Source: Piromyces finnis finn
Taxonomy: Eukaryota > Fungi > Neocallimastigomycota
DNA length: 64,000 bases
Reading direction: 5' to 3'
NCBI GenBank assembly: GCA_002104945.1
Contig: MCFH01000063.1
Coordinates: 186,001-250,000, forward strand
Under the pieces are notes generated by a model, which saw only the letters and a program-made list of their open reading frames with translations, had not been told where the DNA came from and did no database searches. Both the position numbers and the translations under genes were made by a program. How positions within the stretch are numbered: the first letter of the stretch is position 1; each line of letters starts with the position of its first letter. Below, one piece after another: positions 33,895 through 52,980 of the stretch.

Positions 33895-36448
33895 TTTTTT
33901 TTTATAAATAAAAATTATATAAATAAAAAAATATTAAACAATTCTTTCCTTTCCTTTTTTTATTATTAATTCTACAACAACAATTTCTACTTTTTTTTTC
34001 TTTTAAAAGGTTTCTTTTTTATAATTTTATTAGTGTTATTAAATAAAAAAAAAAAAAATAGAAAAAAAGAAAAAATCTTTTTATTTTTATAATTTTCTTT
34101 TTTTTTTTTTTTTTAATTTATGAACCATTTTTCTTTTTTTAAAATTTAATTTATTTGTGGTGATTTTGGTTGGTGAATTTTTTGATTTCACTTTTTTGTA
34201 CAAATTTTTTTTTTTTTTTTTTTTTTACTATTATTATTCATTTTAATTAAAAAAAATAAAAAATATTTTTTTAGGCACTTTTTCTCCTTTTTTTTTGGTA
34301 TTGTTTTTAAATTTACACCAGAAAATTTTAATTTTTTCAAACCTGTCAATGTTAAAAGTTGTACAAGTTTTATCTTTGGAAATTTAAATTTTTTTTTTTT
34401 TTTTTTTATAAAATGGATTATATTCAATTAATGGATGGTGATAAAAGTTTAAAAGATTTTATCACTTAAATAAATATCATTCATTAACCTCATTACGAAA
34501 TAGTTTTAAACGGTGGTATTGGTATAATTGATATACTTATAATGGTATAAAAATGTATGACAATTACTATGATTCATTTATTATCCATGCCATGATAATT
34601 ACTTTATTCATTATAATTATACCTCATTATCCTTTAGCATTCTTCATCATTTTCTTAATGATTCGTTTAAAAGAGGTTTCAAAATATTTTATTTTAAACT
34701 TTTTTATTAGTATTCTCTCATGAATGATGAATTAGTTTTAATATTATTATAGTTTATCATGAATTATTAAAAAAAAGTGTTTTTTTTTACCATTCTTTCT
34801 TTTTATTATTGTTTGAAGAATGAACCGTTTTTTTTTGCCAAATTAAAAAGAAATGATTTGTGGTGTGGTGTTTAATTTTTAAAATTAGGTGAAACTTAAT
34901 TAATTTTAAATTAAAAATTTAAATTAAATTTGGTAATTTTAATTTATGATAAAACTTTTCGTGTAACCCTAAAAATTTAATTAAAAAGTAAAAGAGACAA
35001 AAAAAGTGAAAGAAAGAATAAAAAAAGTCAAGAAGGCTATAATAATAAAAGAATTCAAGGAATAATAAAAATAAAGCTGATTATTTATTTATTTATAATA
35101 TTATTTACTTGATTATTTATACCAGGTATCATCATTATTATATTATAATAAGAATACTAAATGGGGATTAAAAAAAAAAAAAAGAGTGGACCAAACTATA
35201 ATAATAATAATTTTAAAACAACACAATAATAGTATAGTGTTTTAATTATTATGATACTTTTTAAAATTATTATTTAATTAGTATAAAATTATTATTATTA
35301 TTGTTGTTGTTGAAATAACAACAACAACAACAGCATTAACAATCTTAATTATTGTTGTTATTTCAACGACAGCAGTATTCACTGTCTTAATTATTATCAT
35401 TTCAATAATAACAACAACAACAGCATTAACTCTTAAACGGTTTTAACTATTGTTGCTCTACTTTTCTTATTATTTTTAATAATTGTTTGAGGATCTCCAA
35501 ACTTTTTTTAATTAAAAAATTTATTGGTAAAATTCATCAAACAATAAAAGTTTTTTTTTAGGCAAAAGAAGGATCAATGGCAATTTGATTAGTTTTTAAA
35601 CTTTAAAAATAAAAACCATTCAACATTCACTTTATCAAAAATAGTTTATTTTTTTAAAAGAAAAGAAAAAGGTATAATACTAAAAAAAAAAAAAAACTTT
35701 TGAATAATACTATAGTTAGATAATAATAATAATAATAATACTATAGTTTGTATTATTATTATTATTATGCTTACACTTTTTTTTTAAAAAAATAAAAAAT
35801 TTATGATTTAAACTTTAATTAGTAATAAATTTTATTTATTAAAGAAAACATAGAATAAATTAAAAAATCACGAATATACGTGACTAAATAAATTGAGGCA
35901 AAGTAACTATGAGTTTTAATGAAAATATAAATTTATTTTAATAGACCTTTTTGAAATAAGAATTTATATAATTTGTAATTTGTATAGAAAAGAAATAGTT
36001 TTTTTTTTATTTTATTTTTACTACTATCCTTTGTTTTTTGCTTTTTTTTTTTGAGAAAATAGTATAAAATAGTATTAAATATTTTATATAAAAAATAGTT
36101 ATATTAATAGTTACACAAATGAAGAAACTTTTTTTTTTAGTAAATTAAAAAAATGATTGTTTTGACATATGAAAATGTTTTTTAAAAGGGAGATATTTAA
36201 TGTTTAAATTTAATATTTTTTAATATTTTATAAAAAAAAAAAAGTTAAATAATTTCTCTACTACTATTTTTTTCAAGTAAAATAAATGATGTCGATATTT
36301 AATTATTTCTTACTAAAAATTATAATAATAAAATAAAAGAATATAAATATTAGATAGATTAAAAAAATATTGTATGTGCATATCTAATAATTTTTATCTT
36401 TCTAACATGGCCTACATAAATTTTTTGTGTTTACATCCAATGTCTATA

Positions 36449-37005
36449 GTCGTTCCAGTTTTTATCCTGGTTGTTAAGGCGTTGCCTTAGTATACATAAG
36501 GCTTCTGGTTCGACCCCGCAGATGTCAGTGCCTGTGGATTTTCCCACTGGGTTTGCCATGGGTTGGGTTATGATATTCAGGTAAGTATAAATGAACTTTC
36601 TAATTTACTACTATGATAATAACACTCGTCTAGCCGGCCTGAGAGGGTCTAGTGTACATGGTACATTCCAAATTAGAACTTAATAAGTGGTGACTTAGGC
36701 TATGCCAAAAACACATAATATTCCTTAATCAATTTAAGTGTAAACATTAGGGGGCGGTTGACACGTGATCAAATTGACTATAAGAGGCTTAGCATTGTAG
36801 TTGTGAAATATCGTACAACGACATGCATCTAATGTACATGGATTAAGTGAGCGTCGAAGCTGAAGAAACAGTATGACAGACCAGGAGGGTCACAACCACC
36901 TAGCAATAGGAATGAGCCAACGTTTCTCTAAGAACCACCATTGGAGCTAACTCTGATCGATGGGAGAAATGCACTCGGAAGTTAAAAAAAAAAAAAAAAA
37001 AAAAA
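36449..37005 (+). mobile_element. tRNA-derived SINE, copy 1 (535 bp plus poly-A)
   Basis: Head with A-box-like TGGTTGTTAAGG, stem GCCTTA-GTATACA-TAAGGC and B box GGTTCGACCCC; poly(A) tail; 14-bp TSD ATCCAATGTCTATA (36435-36448, 37006-37019). Confidence 0.9.
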
Positions 37006-37316
37006 ATCCAATGTCTATAAACTTGTAAAAATTTAATACGCCTCAATTTATTTAACCACGTTGTCTCATGATTATTTTAATTTATTTTATGGATAATTCT
37101 AATAAATAAAATTAAACTTTATTTTAATAATTAGTTTTTCCACTTTCAAAAAAAAGTTTTTCCTAATTCATCAAATGGTGCTTCTCTACCTATGAATAGA
37201 ATAGTTTAAAGGTATTTTATCTCTATTTAAATAAATAATCTTTTATAGTATATTTTTTTTATTTGATAGGAATAGGAATAGGCGTAAACTTTAAATTTTA
37301 GTAAAAGTTTATAAAT

Positions 37317-37962
37317 TGTCAAAATCACAATTCATGAAATTTGACATTTCATGAAATTTCATAATTTTGAATTATTAGTTAAATTAATTAAAATATTAAT
37401 TTAATAATATTTTACTAATAATAGTTTATTTAATATAAATATTAATTGGAAAGCTATTTATTATCCGGAGATAAATAGAGTGTAACAATTAATTAACATT
37501 AAACAAACCAATTAGTAAAATAAGATTCATTTAAATAATTATTAATATTATTTTTAACAACTTATTAATATCGATATTTAAAGAAAATTATATTATTATT
37601 ACTATTATATTTTATTAATATTTATATTTATATTATTATACATGTATAACTTAAATTATATTATTATTATACTTTATTAATATCAACATTATATTAAAAA
37701 TGAAGTATAAATAAGTTGAACAAAGAACAACTTTAAGAAGTTCTTTGTGAGATTATTATACTCATTTTTATATAGTAAATTCAATATTTAAAATTAATAA
37801 TTATCATTTACTTATATTATAAAAATTAAATAAAATATTTCTTAAAAAACTATAATATTTATTACTCTTTTATTTATAAAAATTTATTATTTACTATATA
37901 ATTAAGCCTATCCTAACCTAGTAGACTTAATTATAGTTCTAAATCCACTCTAACTCTTGACA
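37317..37962. mobile_element. Solo LTR, family A, inverted relative to the 21653 copy
   Basis: TGTCAAAA...CTTGACA, 646 bp; TSD TAAAT at 37312-37316 and 37963-37967; two substitutions noticed versus the 21653 copy. Confidence 0.92.
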
Positions 37963-38022
37963 TAAATTGAAAGAATTTAAATATTATATTTTTATATATT
38001 TAAAATTGTAACATTATAAAAA

Positions 38023-38572
38023 GTCGTTCCAGTTTTTATCCTGGTTGTTAAGGCGTTTCCTTAGCATACATAAGGCTTCTGGTTCGACCTCGCAGATGTC
38101 AGTGCCTGTGGATTTTCCCACTGGGTTTGCCATGGGTTGGGTTATGATATTCAGGTAAGTATAAATGAACTTTCTAATTTACTACTATGATGATAACACT
38201 CGTCTAGCCGGCCTGAGAGGGTCTAGTGTACATGGTACATTCCAAATTAGAACTTAATAAGTGGTGACTTAGGCTATGCCAAAAACACATAATATTCCTT
38301 AATCAATTTAAGTGTAAACATTAGGGGGCGGTTGACACGTGATCAAATTGACTATAAGAGGCTTAGCATTGTAGTTGTGAAATATCGTACAACGACATGC
38401 ATCTAATGTATATGGATTAAGTGAGCGTTGAAGCTGAAGAAACAGTATGACAGACCAGGAGGGTCACAACCACCTAGCAATAGGAATGAGCCAACGTTTC
38501 TCTAAGAATCACCATTGGAGCTAACTCTGATCGATGGGAGAAATGCACTCAGAAGTTAAAAAAAAAAAAAAA
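38023..38572 (+). mobile_element. tRNA-derived SINE, copy 2
   Basis: About 8 substitutions versus copy 1 over 535 bp; poly(A) tail; ~13-bp TSD AACATTATAAAAA (38010-38022, 38573-38585). Confidence 0.9.
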
Positions 38573-39053
38573 AACATTATAAAAAATAATAAAAAAGGTA
38601 TAAAAAGAAAGAGGTAAAGATATTTTCATTTTATTCTTCAGTCTGTGGATTAATCGAATAATGGTAATGATCATCTTTAAACTCGAATGATTTTTTTCCT
38701 AAAAAAAAATAAAGTGTTTTATATTATCATAAGATATTGAGAATCAATATTTCATTTTTATTATTATTCTTTCTCTCTCTCTCTTTCTTTTTTTTTAAAT
38801 TAGATTGATGGATAAATAAGATCATAATAATTCTATTTTCACGTAAAAATAACTGAAAATTTAATACATTAATCCTTTTTTTTTTCAATAAAAAATTACT
38901 TATAATCTAAACTTTAAGATCATTTCAAATAATAAAGATTAATTAAGATTATTAAAGTTTTTAAAAAAAATAGAAAGAAAAATATACATCAAATTTAAAA
39001 AATACAATTTAAAGTTTTTTTTTAAAAAAAAAAACAATTTATCTATAGATTAA

Positions 39054-39092
<39 letters not shown>

Positions 39093-39342
39093 TGAATTTG
39101 TTAATAAAAAGTAATTAAGACTTAAACAAGGATAGAATGTTAAGGAACATTTTTTTTTATTTCATTTTTATTATTAAATATAAATAATAAAAGATAAAAT
39201 ACTGAAAGGCATAACAATAATATAATATCAATAATATTAATATTAATAATATTATTATTTTATTAAAGAAAAATGATATTAGTATTGTGATTTTTTTTTT
39301 TTTTTGATGATAAATATTCTTATATATAAAAGTGTTAATACT

Positions 39343-39373
<31 letters not shown>

Positions 39374-39379
39374 GCAATA

Positions 39380-45650
<6,271 letters not shown>

Positions 45651-46649
45651 AAAAAAAAAAAAAAAGGCATGTATATACCCTAAAATAATACAATCAAAAT
45701 GTATACATATATACATTACTTTTTTTTTTTTTTTTTTTTTTTTTTCATTATTCCTATCAAATTTAAATATATTTTTTAATATCTAGAATAATTCATTTTT
45801 TATAAACAATCATATATATATACATTTTTTTTTTACTTTTTTATTCATAAAATAAAAACTTTATAATTATCTTTCTTTTATATATATATATAATATAATA
45901 TAACAAGTAATTAAATTATTTCATTTTTTTGTAAATTGATGTTAAAATTATAAAGAGAATAAAGGCCACTCTTATAAAAAAAAAATTTTTTATTTTTTAT
46001 ATTTAATAAACTTTTTTTTTTTAATACCAATAGAAAATTAAAAATTAAATTAAATTTTTGGGATAAATGAAAAAAAAAAAAAAGTAAAAAAGAACAATAA
46101 TAACTTGAAAGGAAAAAAAGTTTATTCAATAATAAAAAAAAAAGGACACTTTTGGCCTTTACTTTTTATAGTGTAGTAGTAAAAGATAAAAAAGAATACT
46201 TTGACCATTTTATTTTATTATAAATAAAACTATAGATAAAATGAAAATATAAAATCTTTGGTTTTATTTTTTGCTTTTATTTAATTAGGATGATTATTAT
46301 ATTATATATATATAAATATATAATAATTTTAATTTCTAAATTTATGCATTATTTACTAAAACTATTATTGTTATATAACAATTATTTTTATATAGATACA
46401 TTTATTTTTATATAATAGTAGTTATGATATATGTATTTAGGTTAAATTAATGATATTCATCTTTTCTTATTTATATAATTATATAATTATATTATAAAAT
46501 ACAATGTGTGGTGTGTTCATTACTTTTCATTATATTATTTGACAACTATATATCCTTTTCTTATTAAATAAAAAAAAAGGATACATTTTGAAAAGATATA
46601 TAAAAAAAACATTATTTTTTATATATCATAGTGTAAAAGACCACTATTC

Positions 46650-47639
46650 TTAATTAGAGGAGGTACATTTAGTACCGGTAAAAACTTCGTGAGTTTGTTG
46701 ACCATTGAATTCATCTGGGTAACCGTAGTTAGTGTAGTAAACGTAGAACTTGTTAACAGTGATTCCGTAGTCTTCAGAAAGTCTTTGTTTGAAAGCACCA
46801 TCACTAAGGAAGAATGGCTTCTTGGAAACAGCAGAACTGTAAGTACTGTAAACTCTGTAAGAATAGTTAATGTCAACATTGGACCAGCAATTACCAATCT
46901 TAACATAGTTCCAGTAGTAACCATTGCCATCACCACCAACACGAATATCGCTTTCTGGGAAACCAGAAGCAATGCAAAGAAGACGGAAAAGTCTAGCGTA
47001 ACCGTCTCTGGTACCGAACTTAGTAACAAGGTTAACAGCAACACTACCAGAATCCTTAACATCAGAAGTACGTAAGTAAGTTTGAGTCTTCTTAGCAATT
47101 TCGAAAAGGTTTTCCTTCTTGTAATAATTAGCTAAGCTACTGTAGTTTTTCTTTTCAATACCTAAAGACTTGGCTAATTTTTCAACATAGTCATTAACAA
47201 AAGACTTAGTACCTCTACTGTAGAAGGTAACATCCTTGTTAACATCCTTGAAGGAAGTGAGTTCAGCAGTAACCTTTTGGTTACTTAAGTAAACACGCTT
47301 TAAGTTCTTACAACCGTTGAAAGTGTAATGATCAAAGTGGAAACTTTCAACACCAGAAGCGATGTAAATAGATTCGAATGGACAGTAACTGTCATTGAAA
47401 GTGTGGTCAAGAACACCAGTAACCTTGAACTTAATACCTTGAACATAAACGTAAGCTGGGAAGGTAACAGACTTGGCAGTAGTAGCATTGTTTCTTAAAC
47501 CAACAATAGTAGCGGTACCACCATTTGGACCAGAAACCCAGAAGTTGAAGGTATCATCGTGTTGTTGCTTATCTAAAATAGCAGCTCCAAAAGCAACTGA
47601 AGCGTTAAGAACAGCGAAAAGTAATTTACCTAATTTCAT
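46650..47639 (-). CDS. Secreted BspA-type LRR plus transglutaminase-like protein, copy 1 (329 aa, intronless)
   Basis: Signal peptide; VTFPAYVYVQGIKFKVTGVLDHTF and TFNGCKNLKRVYL resemble LRR_5; GTRDGYARLFRLLC...YYWNYVKIGNCWSNVD resembles the transglutaminase core with the Cys replaced. Confidence 0.75.
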   Translation of the reverse strand: MKLGKLLFAVLNASVAFGAAILDKQQHDDTFNFWVSGPNGGTATIVGLRNNATTAKSVTFPAYVYVQGIKFKVTGVLDHTFNDSYCPFESIYIASGVESFHFDHYTFNGCKNLKRVYLSNQKVTAELTSFKDVNKDVTFYSRGTKSFVNDYVEKLAKSLGIEKKNYSSLANYYKKENLFEIAKKTQTYLRTSDVKDSGSVAVNLVTKFGTRDGYARLFRLLCIASGFPESDIRVGGDGNGYYWNYVKIGNCWSNVDINYSYRVYSTYSSAVSKKPFFLSDGAFKQRLSEDYGITVNKFYVYYTNYGYPDEFNGQQTHEVFTGTKCTSSN

Positions 47640-50021
47640 TTTTTTTTTTTTTAAATTATTATTATTTATTTAATAATAATGTTTGATGTTTGTGTTGAAT
47701 TTAATAAAAATTGAGGATAAACCTTCTTTTTATACTCGTTTCTTTCAAATTAATAAACCATCAATAGTTAAACTATTTAATATATTTAAAATATTAATAA
47801 ATAAAGTTTGTAGATATAATAATTAAAAAAAAAAAATTTTTTTTTATTGGAAATTAAAATAAATTAATTGATAAACACAATGTTTATTATTATTCATTTA
47901 AATTAAAGGTTAAATCTTATAAAATAAAATTAAAAAATAATATTCTTTTTTTTATTATTATTATTATTCTAATGATTGATTGTTTAAATGGTATTATTAT
48001 TATTATTAAAATAAAAAAGAATTCCTTATTAAAAGTATTAAATAAATAAACAAATAATATTAAATATTATTATTATAATAATAATAATAGTGTTATAATA
48101 ATAAATAATAATAGTATAATTATTAAATAACAATAGTATAATAATAATAATAATAATAATAAAATGTTATTATAATAGTATTATCTTTTTATTATTATTA
48201 CTCTATTTATTAGTATTATTATAATTATAATGGTTACTTTATTATGTATAAACTTTATTCTTTTAATAAAAATAAAAAATAATACATAATAATAAACTTG
48301 GCCATAGTATAATAGTATCTTTATTTTATTATTATAAAAGATATATTCTTTTAATAATTATTATAATTAATTATTGTCTTAATTTTTTTTTAACATAGTA
48401 CAAATTTAATAGAGCCAGCAACACCTTTATTATTTTTTTTTATAAAAACTATAAAATATTCAGTAATGTATTTTTAAATCGTTATTTTATATAGATAACT
48501 TTGAAATATAAAAGGGTAATTAACATATTTAAGTTTGATAAAAAAAAATAATAATAATGTAATTTCTTTTTTCTTTTTTTTTTTTTTTTGACAATGTATT
48601 TAAAATCCCATTCAACCAATTTAATTAAAAAAAAAACATTTCATTTTTATAGGTGTGTTGAGTTGTATAATGGAAGTTGCTATTTTATTGGAAAAACTGA
48701 AGCAACTATTTTAATTAATATTTTGATCCATGATATAAATTATAAAAAAATAAACTATTGAACACAAATAGAAATAGATAGTAATGCCTAGTCATTTTAA
48801 TTAAAAGAAAGTAAAATAAAAACAAAAATATAATAAAATGGGATAGTACTTTATGACTTTTTTATGAGACCCTTCAATGCTAAATATAAAATTTTAGTAA
48901 TATTATGAATTGTGATGACGTTAGTGTTTTGTCTTGCTATTTCTTTGGTATCGGTAAGTCTAGATGAGTAATCTAAACATTTTAAATATTGGCCATTTAT
49001 GTCCTTTAATTACACAGACAAAAAATGTTAATGATTTTTTTTTTTTAAAAAAAAATGGTTATTTTCAAGTGAAAGAATTTAAAATGCACTTTTCATTCAT
49101 TTCATAGAATTTTTTTATTTAGTATTTTCTTCTTTCTTTCTCCAAAAATAATTTTAAATACTTTTTTTTTATTTTCTGAACACATTAAATTAATAAATAA
49201 TTATACACAAATTAATATCCACATTAATATCCACATATTCTCTCAAAAAGATTATTAATAAAAAAAGCTATTCTTTTCAATTATTATTTTTTTTAAACTA
49301 AAAATAAAATCAAAATTTAAAAAAAGAATATTCTATTATAAATTTGTCTCCATTTTATTTTTATTATTAAATAAAATTAAATATTTTAATTAAAAATAAA
49401 TTAAATATTTACTTTATGTGATAAATTAAAAATGAAAAGAAAAAGAGAACAATAATAACAATGAAATGAAAATCTTTTTACTTATTTAAAGTTTATTCAA
49501 TAATAAAAAAAAAAAGGACACTTTTGGCCTTTACTTTTTATAGTGTAGTAGTAAAAGATAAAAAAGAATACTTTGACCATTTTATTTTATTATAAATAAA
49601 ACTATAGATAAAATGAAAATATAAAATCTTTGGTTTTATTTTTTGCTTTTATTTAATTAGGATGATTATTATATTATATATATATAAATATATAATAATT
49701 TTAATTTCTAAATTTATGCATTATTTACTAAAACTATTATTGTTATATAACAATTATTTTTATATAGATACATTTATTTTTATATAATAATAGTTATGAT
49801 ATATGTATTTAGGTTAAATTAATGATATTCATCTTTTCTTATTTATATAATTATATAATTATATTATAAAATACAATGTGTGGTGTGTTCATTACTTTTC
49901 ATTATATTATTTGACAACTATATATCCTTTTCTTATTAAATAAAAAAAAAGGATACATTTTGAAAAGATATATAAAAAAAATATTATTTTTTATATATCA
50001 TAGTGTAAAAGACCACTATTC

Positions 50022-51012
50022 TTAATTAGAGGAAGTACATTTAGTACCGGTAAAAACTTCGTGAGTTTGTTGACCATTGAATTCATCTGGGTAACCGTAG
50101 TTAGTGTAGTAAACGTAGAACTTGTTAACAGTGATTCCGTAGTCTTCAGAAAGTCTTTGTTTGAAAGCACCATCACTAAGGAAGAATGGCTTTTCGGAAA
50201 CAGAAGAACTGTAAGTACTGTAAACTCTGAATGGGTAGATAACGTTAACCATGTGCCAACAATAGTTAATCTTAACATAATTCCAATAATGACCATTGCC
50301 ATCACCACCAACACGAATATCGCTTTCTGGGAAACCAGAAGCAATGCAAAGAAGACGGAAAAGTCTAGCGTAACCATCAGTAGTACCGTACTTGGTAACA
50401 AGGTTAACAGCAACACTACCAGAATCCTTAACATTAGACATACGTAAATAGTTATAAGTCTTTTTAGCAATTTCGAAAATGTTTTCCTTCTTTTGATTAG
50501 CAGTTAATTTATCATAATTTATCTTTTGAATACTTAAAGATTTGGCTAATTTTTCAACATAAGAATCAACAAAGGACTTAGTACTTCTGCCGCGGAAAGA
50601 AACATCCTTGTTAACATCCTTGAAGGAAGTGAGTTCAAGCAGTAACCTTTTGGTTACTTAAGTTAACATACTTTAAGTTCTTACAACCTTTGAAAGTGTA
50701 ATGATCAAAGTGGAAACTTTCAACATTAGAAGCAACAGTAATAGATTCGAATGGACAGTAAATGCCATTGAAAGTGTGGTCAAGAACACCAGTAACCTTG
50801 AATTTAATACCTTGAACATAAACATAAGCTGGGAAGGTAACAGACTTGGCAGTAGTAGCATTGTTTCTTAAACCAACAATAGTAGCGGTACCACCATTTG
50901 GACCAGAAACCCAGAAGTTGAAGGTATCATTGTGTTGTTACTTATCTAAAATAGAAGCTCCAAAAGCAACTGAAGCGTTAAGAACAGCGAAAAGTAATTT
51001 ACCTAATTTCAT
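50022..51012 (-). pseudogene. LRR/transglutaminase-like copy 2, pseudogene
   Basis: 991 bp versus 990 for copy 1. CAA-to-TAA nonsense at 50938-50940 and a 1-bp insertion at ~50637 (GAGTTCAAGC versus GAGTTCAGC). Confidence 0.85.
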
Positions 51013-51757
51013 TTTTTTTTTTTAAATTATTATTATTTATTTAATAATAATGTTTGATGTTTGTGTTGAATTTAATAAAAATTGAGGATAAACCTTCATT
51101 TTATACTTTTTTTTTCTCTTAATCTTGAATAAAATTAATGAAATATTAATAAATAGAGTTTATAAACAATAAAACTAATTAAAAATTACAATAATAATTA
51201 TTAATATATAAAAAAAAAAAAAGATTTATTTATTTAAATGAATGAAACATTATTAAATAAAATTAAATAATAAATTGTTTATATTATTATGTTTGAAGGT
51301 CACTCTTTTAGATTTTATAATAATATCAACTTTATTAATAATAATTAATGAAAAAAAAAAAGAAAAAGCTACTCATATTAATATTCACTAAGATTATTAA
51401 AACTATCATTAATTAACCTATTTAAACTATGAGAATTATTCAAATTTAATAAGGAATTAGAATTAGAATCATCATCATTACTAAAAATACAATTAAATCT
51501 AGCATAATAATTACAATTATCACTATTATTATTATTAATATTATTAATGATATTCCTAATATTATTATTATTTTTATTATTATTACTCTAATTAATATAA
51601 TATATATATGTTATACAATATTAATTAACAATAGTGATATTGGAATGTATTCTGAAGATTCATATCATAAAATCATGTCCTTAAACTTGTATAAGAATAT
51701 ATGTGAAAAGGCTACCAAAAATAAAGACATCATTAAACCTAAACTAGATTATCAATA

Positions 51758-51788
<31 letters not shown>

Positions 51789-52980
51789 ATAGGATGTAAA
51801 AGCTTATTAAAAGTATTAAATAACAATATTACTGACTTATTATAATTTATTTGTATTATAAATAGGATTAATAATTCAATAAATAAATTTAAAAAAATAT
51901 TTAAATATATGCAAAAAAAATTTTTTTTATAAAAATTTTTCTAATTGTTAATAAAATATTTTATAATTTTTACTTTTAAAAAATAATATAGATTATAAAT
52001 TATTTTTATTTTTACAATATTTTTAAAAAATAGTTTCTTATTTAAAATTTTCAGTATTTTCATTTTTTTTTCATCTTCTTCATCATTGTATATTCCTGTA
52101 ATCAACTTTGAAAGACATCTTGAATTATCCTAAACGGATCTTCAAAAGATAATCGAGAAATAAAAGAATAATTTTCATTCCAAAACGAGACATGAGTGTA
52201 ACTGTATTATCACGACACATGAAATTAGTTAGTAATAATTGTTATTAAAAATATATATTGTTTATATAGATTAAAAACCTTTATTTAAATTATAAAAATA
52301 TATATTACATATGTATTTTAATAATTAAAAAAAAAAAAATAAATATTATTGAATACAGGCAAGAATATAATAATTGTATTTTTTGACTCTTTTAATGTGA
52401 TTCAATGGCTAAAGACAAAAATTTTAGTAGAATTATGATCATTTACTACCTCAAACTTATTATATTTCTTTTTAATTATCCAGTAACTACATAAGTAAAG
52501 AAATTTTAAATTAACCATCAAAAATAATAATTCCTTTAAAAATATAAGGATTAATTTAACACTTTGAAAATTTAATAAATGAAAAATAAAATAGAAAAAA
52601 AAAAAAAAAAAAAAAAGAATATTAAAACTTTTTTTTAATTAAAATAATATTACTTTTTTGCTTTTATTTAATTATGGTGATTATAAATATATATATAATG
52701 ATTTTAATTTCTAAATTAATGTATTATTAAATATGACAATTATTTTTATATAGATACATTTATTTTTATATAATAATAATTATGATATATGTTAATTTAA
52801 TTGTATTTATAAATGATTTTATAATTTGTTATAAATATAATGATGTGATGTTCATTACTTTTCACTTTTTATTAAATCATATATACCTTTTCTTTTTTAA
52901 AAGGGATATATTTTGAAATGATAAATAAAAAAAACATTATTTTTTATTATCCATTATAAATTGGATGATGATATATCAGT

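Noticed and set aside
34410-34730. Slightly GC-richer stretch with short broken reading frames
   Set aside because: Stops in all frames and no recognisable motif; a decayed gene or TE cannot be supported.
35290-35450. Imperfect hairpins and repeats of TTG/CAA units
   Set aside because: Explained by adjacent complementary trinucleotide microsatellites; no conserved repeat-spacer structure, so not a CRISPR array.
36628-36648. TAGCCGGCCTGAGAGGGT in the SINE body resembles a bacterial 16S rRNA segment
   Set aside because: Only ~18 nt with no flanking rRNA similarity; chance is adequate unless a search extends the match.
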